Shown: positions 39,623 through 48,996 of the stretch, piece by piece
How positions within the stretch are numbered: the stretch's first letter is position 1
Layout of the letters: each line of letters starts with the position of its first letter
NCBI GenBank assembly: GCA_030704615.1
Contig: CM060733.1
Location: 310,001-374,000, forward strand
Direction: 5' to 3'
From: Takakia lepidozioides
Taxonomy: Eukaryota > Plantae > Bryophyta
Length of the DNA: 64,000 nucleotides
Translations under genes and position numbers: made by a program
The notes under the pieces: generated by a model
Databases searched by the model: none
What the model saw: only the letters and a program-made list of their open reading frames with translations
Told to the model about the DNA's origin: nothing

Positions 39623-40482
39623 ACACACTGTTCGTCTTGCATGCTCCAACTTCATCACCCCGGCCTACGTTTTCTAAAGCATCTACGTGTCGGAAAATTC
39701 ATAAGAGTTTACTGCTTTCAATGGGAGAGGGTGTGAAGATCTGCAAAAGGTCTGAGTAGCATATCAGAACATTAAGAAAGAGCACCAGAGGAGCACCCGT
39801 AAGGGTAAGAGAGTTCAGTAGGAAGCGGCCGATGGGGAACGGAGCTCTCAGGGTGACCATGGGATTTTCTCCCCTCTGGCAATGTACTCCCCCAACCCCA
39901 AAGGTTTCCCCTCAAGCTCTGGTAGCTTTTGGGCTCTCTCCTCTGTCAAGTTATTTTACCACTAGTGTGAAACTAGCTAGGAAATAGCTAGCTTTTACAT
40001 ATTGACATTTGGGATTGGCCCAAGTATCAATCCAGGGGTCAAGGCAGATTTAGGCCCTGGAGTGGTTATCTTCACGGAAAGCGCGGGAGGCTTATCTTTC
40101 TCGAGTTGAGCCTCACCGCGCTTAGCTATGGCGCCGTAGTGTGGATTCCCCATGGCGTGGGGTGCACTTGGCTTGACTTGTATTTGAGTGATGAGGTTAT
40201 ATATGCATGAGTTTATGCTTCAGCTTTGTGAGCTCGCATGAGCTTGTGCTTGTATTCTTCTTCTTTATCACTCGAGAAATATCAGCTCGTATCTGTGAGT
40301 GCCAGATACGAGTTAGTTGTAGCACTTGTGGTTTTTGCTTGAGAATGAGAGAAACCAGGTTGTTATGCAAGGAGCATCGTGGAGCCCTTGGTTGTTAGAA
40401 GCGGAGGTGATGTGGGTTACGAGGTGGTAGACCTTGGCATTTGATCTTCAGCTTCAGAGATGAAAGCACCATGCTGCAGGTT

Positions 40483-40830
40483 GCATGTGTGGAGCATGTA
40501 TTCAGCTCATTGAAGCTTCCATCTTCAAGCTTGGAGGGCAAACAAGGAAGAGGGAAGGGCTGACTTCCCTTATGTGAGGGCAATGCATGTGTGGAGCATG
40601 CTTTCAGCCTGTTGAAGGCTTGTACTTTCAGGTTTGGGAATGCAAGAAAGGAAGCAAAGGGGCTGATTCTCTTGTGGTGAGAGTGGGGCATGTGTGGAGC
40701 ATGCCTTCAGTCCATTGGGCTTTTGTTTTCAAGCTTTAGAGAACTAGAAGAGAAGGTAAGGGTCTGATCTGCTCTTATGTGACAGTCCGACACTTGTAGA
40801 GCGTGTTCTGAGTTGGGGTTTCAACCTCAA
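40483..40830. repeat. ~102-bp degenerate tandem repeat x3-4
   Basis: GCATGTGTGGAGCATG recurs at 40483, 40585 and 40688, followed by similar TTCAG..TTCAAG..AAGGG.CTGA blocks. Confidence 0.85.
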
Positions 40831-41217
40831 GCCTAGATAGAGCATGGCTCTTGAAGTGGCAGGTATAAGGGGCTGGAATAGGCTCTAAGACAGATGCTAT
40901 GGCCAAGGAAAGCGCTTGAATGAGTGCTCACAAGGACTGGAAACCAGCAAGGCTTGGTTGTTTGCCATTGAGTTTAGTGGCGTGTTTGGGGAGTCTAAGT
41001 AAGAAAGAAGGTTTGGTTTGTGACAACCATTTTCTTTATGGCTTAGGGCTACTATTGGTGGTGTGTGGGAGCCGAAAGAGCAAGAATACCTTGCTGATTT
41101 CTTCACAGCCGCCATAGCTCGGTGCAAAGAAACCTAGAGTTCAAGAGACACAAACCTTAGCTTGGCGTGGCTAAACCCCTTGGAGAAATGGCTAAACTGT
41201 CATGTGTGGCCATGGAT

Positions 41218-41630
41218 GGGGCTGTGAGGGGATAAGAGGGGCTGTGACAGGCTGTGACAGGCTGTGGCCTTTGGGGCTGTGACCTGTGTAAGGCTGTGAC
41301 AGGCTGTGATGGGCTGTGAGGGGCTGTGCCATGTGGCCTGTGGGGCTGTGACGGGCTGTAAGGGGCTGTGACAGGTTGTGCCCTGTGGCCTGTGGGGCTG
41401 TGACGGGCTGTGAGGGGCTGTGACAGGCTGTGGCCTTTGGGGTTGTGACCCCTGTGACCTGTGTAGGGCTGTGACAGACTGTGCCATGTGGCCTGTGGGG
41501 ATGTGATGGGCTGTGAGGGGCTGTGACAGGATGTGGCCTTTGGGGCTATGACCCCTGTGACATTTGTAGGGCTATGACAGGCTGTGCTTGTGGCCTTTGG
41601 GGTTGTGATGGGCTGTGACGGCTGTGACCA
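41218..41630. repeat. Minisatellite of ~10-bp GGCTGTGACR units upstream of gag
   Basis: Dozens of GGCTGTGA/GGCTGTGG variants with higher-order periodicity. Confidence 0.92.
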
Positions 41631-42649
41631 GTGATCTGTGTGGGCCTGTGCTGGTCTGTGGTGGCCCGTGTTGACTCGTGGACAGCCTGTGCTAACTCGT
41701 GGAGGCACTGGTGGACTGCCTAAGGACTGGCATGTGGTCTTGAAGGCCGAATTTTGAAGCTCGTGGAGGGCGGTTTGAGGAGTATCTTCATGATATTCCG
41801 ATGGTCATGCAAGTGAGGGAAGAGATGAGAAAAAGAGTGTTGGGATGAGGGCATGCTGGGGTTAGGCATTGCTTTAGCTTATCTTAGTTTCCACCCTCTC
41901 ATTAGGCCAAGACTTTTCCGTAGGTGGAGGCAAGAGTCAGTCCGGGTTTGGGCTGGGGTGTCCTTGCAAGAGCAACACCGTGGAGTTGTTTTTTGTGTGG
42001 GGGAGTTGTCGTTCTGATTTCTTGTGTTTGGATCCCCTCCATACTTGCATGCTTGACTGTGCGCCATGCTAGTTTTGTGTGGGCGCTTGTTTTTATAGGT
42101 GATTGGTCCGGATTTGATCACTGGCCAGTCCTAGAGCATGTTGTCGATGGTGAGGCTGGGGTGATGACCAGCCAGACCATCATTGTTTCTCTTGTGGTGA
42201 GGTTGGAGGTGATGACCAACCAACCATAGGAGTGCTTGCGGTGGATGCAGGTACAGGTGTAGGCTATGTTAGGAACTTAGTATTCCAAACCATAAGCCGC
42301 AACAGGTTCTCTACCCGGTTACCTTGTGGAGAGGGGGTTAGGGACATGTTCATGACCGGTTGAGTGTCAACACGGAGGTGCCACTAGTTGCTGGGGACAG
42401 TGCCGGTTCGAGCACTAGCGATACTAGTAGGTACACGAGACAAGGTGTGCGGTTTAGGCCACCTTCACCTCCTGTGTCTTCTACAGAAGGTTCTGATTTG
42501 GATTGTGAATCGGGAGGACTCATATCGGCGGTGCAAGTTGTTTCCTTGCCATTGTTGTGGGACACAATGGAGGAGATGTATGGAGCTACTAAGGGGCCAC
42601 GAAGGTACTCTGGGGCGGTGGGCACCATCGAGTTGGATGGTGGAGGAAC

Positions 42650-43326
42650 GAGTGGTCATGGTGGGATTTGCTAAGGAGACACCACGGGGTAGTGGTGCTC
42701 CTAGCCAACCACTACCTCAACGTGCTCAAGGCAACAATGGGGCTCAGGTGAAGCTCAGGGAATGGCAGAGAGGACCTCAGATGCAGGGGTCTCTCCCTTC
42801 ATTTGCTGGCCAACAACGGGCGGATGTGGTGTGCTGGACATGTGGAGGACCCCATGTCAAGAAGGATTGCCCAGAGGGAGGTAAAGGGCCGGCACATGCA
42901 TAGCCTGCACAGTTGCAGTGTGGGCATTGTGGCAAGCACGGGCATGGAGAGGCCCAGTGTTATGGTTTGCACCCTGAGTTGCGCCCAGGCCAGTTCGAAG
43001 GGAATAATGGTGGTCAGGGGCGAGGTGGAGCAGCCCAGAGAGGACGAGGTGGCCAGGCACGAGGTGCAGGCCAAGGGCAAACTCAACATGGCCAAGGACG
43101 CGGAGGTCAGGGTGTTGACCAAGGCATGGCCAACCGGCTTCAGCAGCTAGAGCAAAGACTTGCTGCCATAGCTACAGCTCAGGTGGTACCAGCTCCAAGG
43201 CCGGATGGTCCACCTCTTGCTCCTGAGGGAGGAGATATGGGAGGTATGGGATTCATGTGCGGAGCAGCACTACCACTAGTGCAGGTGGAGTCTGCTGGAG
43301 CCGTGACTGATGGCACGAGTTCCTGA
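42650..43326 (+). pseudogene. gag: Gag nucleocapsid region with two zinc knuckles and an RGG-rich tract
   Basis: CWTCGGPHVKKDC and CGHCGKHGHGEAQC separated by TAG at 42901, then GQGRGG repeats. Confidence 0.85.
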
Positions 43327-44257
43327 GCCACGAGGTGCAGAGGTGGAGTTGGATCCACAGCGTGGGGAGGCAAGTCATCAGGCTAGGCTTCCTCAGTCAT
43401 TCACATTGGTGGAGACAGTGTCGACGCCATCCATGGCACCTAGTTCTCGCCCGATTATTACCGAGGCGGAGGTTACTATGTCATTGGGGAGAGCTACACG
43501 GGTAGCACCGTCACCTAGTTTTGCCAAGGCTACGGCAGCTAGTGTACTGCTGGGAGCGGGCACATCTGTGTGTCAGGCTCCATTGTTCTCAGCTACTATA
43601 ATTGCGACGTTGGGGGTAAGACCAGCTGAGGTGTTTAGGCTGGCAGCTACACTCTGTGAGAGTGGGGAGGTTACTTCATCTTCTGCGGAGATAGTGAGAG
43701 GTGTAGTGCCGGAGGAATCCTCAGATTTGAGGGTCAAGACTACCACGGCGGCGCCATGGCAAGCTGCAGCTGCCAGGTTGATGGAGCTGCCAGCTAGGCC
43801 AGCCATTGAGCGCGCCATGGTGACACCTGGAGTTGTCATGTTAGACAACCAGGATGTCATTTTCTGTTTGAGTGGACCGGCAGGCAAGAGGTACCGGCCA
43901 CTGCGGGTCTTGTTGGACTCGGGAGCTCAGCCATTGATGCTGGGCAAAGCTGCTATTGCAGGCTTGGGCCTCACGGAGGCAGATATGGAGCCTTGTCCTT
44001 TCCAGATACAGAGGTCTCTGGGAGGATCGGAGCAGGCTCGGGGCATGACACGGCGTGAGTTGGCTATCAGACTACGGCCGGATCACCCTACAGATGGCTC
44101 AGTGATGCGAGCCAAGGCCATTGTGACAGACGCGGTCTCGTACAATGTCCTGGTTGGTGGGGCAGTATTGTACCCCATGGGCTTCACCCTGGATTTTTGG
44201 GAGGAGTTAGCTTCCTATAGGCGTGGATGGCAGTCAGGGGAAGGCCGGCGTGTGTAG
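43310..44257 (+). pseudogene. Retroviral-type aspartic protease region of pol
   Basis: RVLLDSGAQPLMLG (DSG catalytic motif) and distal YNVLVG. Confidence 0.85.
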
Positions 44258-44515
44258 CTCCCTGTGACATTCATAGGAGGAGTTGCAGTTGCCCAGCGGG
44301 GCAAGATACCGACACTAGCAGCATTCACAGCTGCAGTGACTTGGCCTGCAGAGTTGCTAGAGGGCAACGCTCATTCAGAGGATGTGTCACCTCCGGGAGA
44401 GCAGGATGATATATATGGTATGGCGGAGTTGCCTGCCATGGTTGCTCAGACTCCATTGTGGGGCACGAGCAAGGATTTGCAGCGGGTTGCTGATCGACGG
44501 GTACAATAAGCCTGG

Positions 44516-45877
44516 GTGGAGGCTTTTGTACCATCAGGAGAGGAGGAGAGTGCGGGGATTGCACCAGGACCACCTCCGTTGTCACCATTGGATACCACAC
44601 CTATTGTGTGGCAGTATCCGGATGAAGGCATTTGTCTTCTGGACTTGTTTGGCGGGATCAGCACCGGATTGGCTGTTGTGTTACAGACAAGTGTACGAGT
44701 TCGGTGTTACCTGTATGTGGAGAGGGATGAGACTGCACGACGCGTTTCACTTCGCCATGTTGCTCAGTTGGTGCAGCAATATCCTGAGTTGTTGTCGGTG
44801 TCTGCAGTTCGTGGATATCAGCAGGCCTTGCCAGAAGACATTTCGTTGCTGGGGGCGCAGGATTTGGAGCGGGTTGGCTCCATTGATCTGGTAGTGGCAG
44901 GTTGGCCCTGCCAAAGGCATTCATCAGCCGGGCATGACAATGGATTGCGAGACTCGAGGTCGAGTCTGTTTTGGGAGATAGTGCGGGTTTTGCGCCACTT
45001 GCAGCTTCATCAAGCTATGTCTCCAGCATACATTTTGGAGAATGTGCCACTGATGGGCGATTCTCGGGCTAGGGTGATGGCCAGTGTGCATCAAGTCCGG
45101 TCGTGGCTTGGGTCAGCAATGTTGCTAGATGCAGCTACAGTGGGGTCACGGGCTCATCGTCCACGGCTATGGTGGACTAACTTGATGCCACCCGCACTGC
45201 TCAAGCGTGCATTTGATAGGGTGCAGTGGCCAGCACACCTCACAGTGGATAGCATTTTGGACACAGGGAGGCAGTCTCAGCTTGTGAGACACGATGACCG
45301 TTCGCCTTTGGCAGTGGTCAACAGGGTGGGTCAACCACGAGCAACATTACCTACACTGCTCAGCTTCCCAGGATCGCATGCTTTCCGGGATAGTGGACCT
45401 GGCCTCCTGTGGGATGCTCAATTGCAGCAGTTAGTGGAGCCTAATGCTGATGAGCGTGAGCGGGCGATGGGTTTTACCACTGGTACCACGGCGGTGTCGT
45501 CTCTTTCTGAGGCATCACGTCGTCAGGTGTTGGGGCAAGCAATGGATCTCAATTGCTTGACCTGGATTATCAGCTTGGCTATGGCTGAGCAACGCAGAGT
45601 GCGCAGTACACTTCCCTCGATGGTCTCTCTGCGTACCGAGACGGTACAGGCAGTGTGTGGGGGCGAGCATGTGAGGACCACGGGGTGTAGGCATCCATGG
45701 CATACATGGGAGGTGCTCGAGGTTCAGAGGGAGTTGGCAGCCAAGGTGGCGGTGATGGATGAGGTTAGGGATTTTTCTCGGGTGGAGAAAGTCCTTGAGG
45801 ATGAGATGATGGGGCAGGATGAGGCCTTGTCACTGACTGAGCAGGTAGGGAGTACTACTCAAGAGGTTGCAACATAG
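44516..45877 (+). CDS. Retrotransposon-encoded C5-cytosine DNA methyltransferase, DNMT3-like (domain ~44630-45580)
   Basis: Motif I LLDLFGGISTG, II YVERD, III EDI, IV IDLVVAGWPCQ (Cys codon 44909-44911), V GLRDSRSSLFWE, VI YILENV, VII LLDAA, VIII AHRPRLWWTNL, IX ERERAMGF, X RRQVLGQAM. Same frame as the protease (43310) and RT (46037). Confidence 0.92.
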   Translation: MEAFVPSGEEESAGIAPGPPPLSPLDTTPIVWQYPDEGICLLDLFGGISTGLAVVLQTSVRVRCYLYVERDETARRVSLRHVAQLVQQYPELLSVSAVRGYQQALPEDISLLGAQDLERVGSIDLVVAGWPCQRHSSAGHDNGLRDSRSSLFWEIVRVLRHLQLHQAMSPAYILENVPLMGDSRARVMASVHQVRSWLGSAMLLDAATVGSRAHRPRLWWTNLMPPALLKRAFDRVQWPAHLTVDSILDTGRQSQLVRHDDRSPLAVVNRVGQPRATLPTLLSFPGSHAFRDSGPGLLWDAQLQQLVEPNADERERAMGFTTGTTAVSSLSEASRRQVLGQAMDLNCLTWIISLAMAEQRRVRSTLPSMVSLRTETVQAVCGGEHVRTTGCRHPWHTWEVLEVQRELAAKVAVMDEVRDFSRVEKVLEDEMMGQDEALSLTEQVGSTTQEVAT

Positions 45878-46036
45878 CAACCACTAGACGCGTCCTCTAC
45901 CTCTAAGCCCACTGGACTTAAGGTTGCAGTTACGGAGAACAATTGGGAGCCTGACATTGGACCCATTGTCACCGGAGGAGAGAGATGACGTATACGGCGG
46001 TTCCTGAGGGCTTACAGGAATTGCTTTGCCTTCAGT

Positions 46037-47386
46037 TTGAAGGACTTGGGAGCACTGAAGGGTCAAGAGATTCGTATTGAGTTGGCCACTGACACGCCAA
46101 TCTTTCGGAGACCCTATAGATATAGTGACATGGAGAGGTCTTTGATTCAGATGAGGACTCGAGATCTCTGGGAGGCAGGTTTGGTGGAGCTCTCTGGTGG
46201 AGAGTATGCTTCAGCCACAGTGATGCCAACCAAGAAGGATGTCTATGGCAATTGGACGGAGAGACGTATGTGCGGTGATTACCGGCCTGTAAATCGTCAG
46301 ACCAAGTCCGATAAGTATGTCATGCCCACACCGGAGGAGATCTTTGATGCCATTGGGCATGCTAAGGTCTTTAGCACTTTGGATTTACGATCCGGATATC
46401 ACCAGTTGCCGATCAAGGAGGCGGACAAGCAGAAGACGACACTCTGGGGGATCAATGAGCACGGCAAGGATTGCCTATATTAGTGGCGGTTCTTACCATT
46501 TGGGCTTAAGAACGCTCCTGCAGAGTTTCAGAGAGTCATGGATAGGATTCTAGCAGGGGTGGACTTTGCTCAGTGCTACATAGATGACATCATCATCTTT
46601 AGTGCTACGGTGGAGGAGCATGAGAGACACCTTTAGGTGGTATTGGAGCGCTTGAGAGCGCACGGATTGAAGTTGCATCCGGGGAAGTGCAAGTTTTTCC
46701 ACAACCAGATTGAGTTTTTGGGTCACATGATATATCCTGGAGGATTGGGGGTACAGCAGACTAAGGTAGAGGCCATTGCACAAATTCCACATCCCACGGA
46801 TGTGAGCCGAGTTCGAGCTTTCATGGGGTTGACAAACTATTATAGACGGTTTGTCAAGGGATTTAGTGCCATTGCAAAGGCTCTAACCAAGCTGGCCAAG
46901 GTGGACCAGGAGTGGCAATGGGAAGATGAACAAGAACGAGCTTTTCAAGAGCTCAAGGCGAGGTTGACCTCGGCGCCTATCCTGAGACGACCTATCAGGG
47001 GGCGTCCCTTTCAGCTGCATACGGATTGGAGCATGTTGGGGCTTGGAGCGGTGCTCACACAAGTGGATGATGAGGGAAGAGAGTTCGTAGTGGCTTATGC
47101 TAGCCGCTCGAACAACGCTGCAGAGGCTAAGTATAGCTCATATGAGGGAGAGTGCTTAGTTGCAGTGTGGGCGGTGGCACACTTCAGGTGCTATCTATAC
47201 GGCAATCTCTTCACCCTTGTCACGGATCACCAGCCACTCAAGTGGTTGATGGAGTCAGACAAGCTTACGGGGAAGCTTGCACGATGGGCATTCATACTCC
47301 AGGAGTATGACTTTCAGGTTGTGTATCGACCGGGTTTGGTCAATCGGGATGCGGATGGATTGAGTCGCAATCCATGCACGAGCTAG
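46037..47386 (+). pseudogene. Reverse transcriptase and RNase H
   Basis: RMCGDYRPVN, FSTLDLRSGYHQ, LPFGLKNAPAEFQR, YIDD, KC.F; RNase H LHTDWS..LGAVL, YASR, E, LVTDHQPL, RWA, NRDADGLSR. TAG stops at 46481, 46634 and 47384. Confidence 0.95.
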
Positions 47387-47759
47387 CAGGATGATACTGG
47401 AGCTCGGTGGCATGGTGAGACGGACGAGGAGACGGTGTCGGGATGGCATGCATCTGCCTTTTTGTGTATCTTGGCATCGGGAGGTCAGGTTGGACCTACA
47501 ACAGGGATGACTGTAGACGGAGTGTCTGAGGACCCTGAGGCTAGTGATAAGCCAAGTGGTACCAGAGATATACATGAGGATTCGACTATGTTGGACTACC
47601 TCCGTACTGGAGACATGGCAGCCACTGTGACTGCCAAGGAGAGGGATCGGATCCTGCAACGAGCCAAGAGGTTCAAGTGGGAGGGGATACATGTGCTCCG
47701 AGTATGGGAGAATGGTCGGATGAGGATTGTGCCTCACCCTACACAGCGTGCACGGTTAG

Positions 47760-48860
47760 TGCGGCATGCCCATGAGGAGTTGGGGCATTTTGGAGTGTGA
47801 CGCACTCACAGTTTACTGTAGGGGCGGTATTGGTGGCATGGTATGCATACAGAGGTGCAACAGTTCGTGGCTAGGTGCATGGTGTGTGACAGGGTGTGTG
47901 CTTCATTCAACGCCCCTACACCACAGTTGCATCCTTTACCAATCATAGGATTGGGCTACAGGTGGAGTCTTGACTTCGCAGGACCGTTGTCACTGACTAT
48001 GCGCCACCACAGATATGTGTTGGTGATGGTGGAGCACTTCTCCAAGTGTTGGTTCCATTGCCTGACAAGGCTAGTCAGGGGGCTGCGTATGCATTCTTGG
48101 ATCGTGTGCTTAGCCGATTTGGTGCTCCAGCTGAGGTACTCACGGACCAAGGGAGAGAGTTCTTGGGGGAGTTTCAAGCTTTGTGTGATAAAGCATTGAT
48201 AGACCACCGCACCACTTCTCGGGATCATCCTGAGGCCGATGGCTTGGCAGAGAGAGTTGTTTAGACGGTGAAGAGGGGTTTGCGCAAGTATGGCTTGCAG
48301 AAGGGACACCTAGGAGATTGGGATCTTCAGGTTCCTTGGTTAGTCATGGGCTACAGGTTCAGCAAACAAGCATCACTTGCCTCTTTCTCACCATATTTCA
48401 TTCTCTTTGGCCGAGTGCCGGATTTGCCTGCAGCCATTCGTAGGGACACTGCTCAAGTCCTTAACCTTGACGATCCGGACATGTGGGTACGTACATGTGA
48501 TCAGCGTGCAGAGTTGTTCAAGAAAGTCATGCCCATGGCTTTTGAGAACCTTGTCATTGCACAGCACCGTGATACGTTGAGGTATGCCACTATACGTGCT
48601 GGAGGATATCGTCATGGGGTTCGGAGGTTTAGCCCTGGTGACTATGTTTATTTGCAGCAGACTGCTCCTACGACTCTAGATATTACTGCAGGGCGTGTTA
48701 TTCTGAGGGTTCGAGAAGTGTTGCCCTCAGGGGTCCTGATCTTGGAGGGTCGGGATGGCATGACTTGGAAGGACCATGTGCGTAATTGTGCGCCATGTCA
48801 CCTTCCCAATGTCGATGGCAGAGTTGACCCAAATTTGGCAGTGGTACCTGCAGGTTTGAG
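47760..48860 (+). pseudogene. Integrase (HHCC zinc finger and DDE core)
   Basis: HEELGHFG...CMVC; WSLDFAGP, VEHFSK, VLTDQGREF, HPEADGLAER. Stops at 47798, 47819 and 48262, frameshift near 48048. Confidence 0.93.
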
Positions 48861-48861
48861 G

Positions 48862-48996
48862 AGCATGCTCTGTGGGTCTGCCAAAGGGGCAGCCACCATG
48901 ATGGTGTGTGATCGATGCTCAAGGGGTTGGCATATGGGATGCTTGACACCACCTCTTGAGAAGGTTCCTGACGGAGATTGGTTGTGTCCACATTGC
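48862..48996 (+). other. PHD finger at the integrase C-terminus
   Basis: (S)MLCGSAKGAATMMVCDRCSRGWHMGCLTPPLEKVPDGDWLCPHC fits C4HC3 spacing with the first Cys read as Ser. Confidence 0.92.

Noticed and set aside
39535-39759. Poly-Lys and poly-Phe ORFs
   Set aside because: Artefacts of a ~36-nt poly(A) run. No TSD or linked retroposed body was identified.
40483-40830. CRISPR-like repeat-spacer pattern
   Set aside because: The spacers are homologous to each other, so this is a tandem repeat. The context is eukaryotic and there are no cas genes.
41157-41708. 183-aa HSPSQP-rich ORF
   Set aside because: It is simply the antisense translation of the GGCTGTGA minisatellite.
44516-45877. The DNMT ORF is stop-free for 453 codons, suggesting host domestication
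   Set aside because: With about one stop per 200 codons across pol, a gap this long is not unusual, and the 315-codon protease segment is also open. No promoter or ATG start dedicated to it was found.
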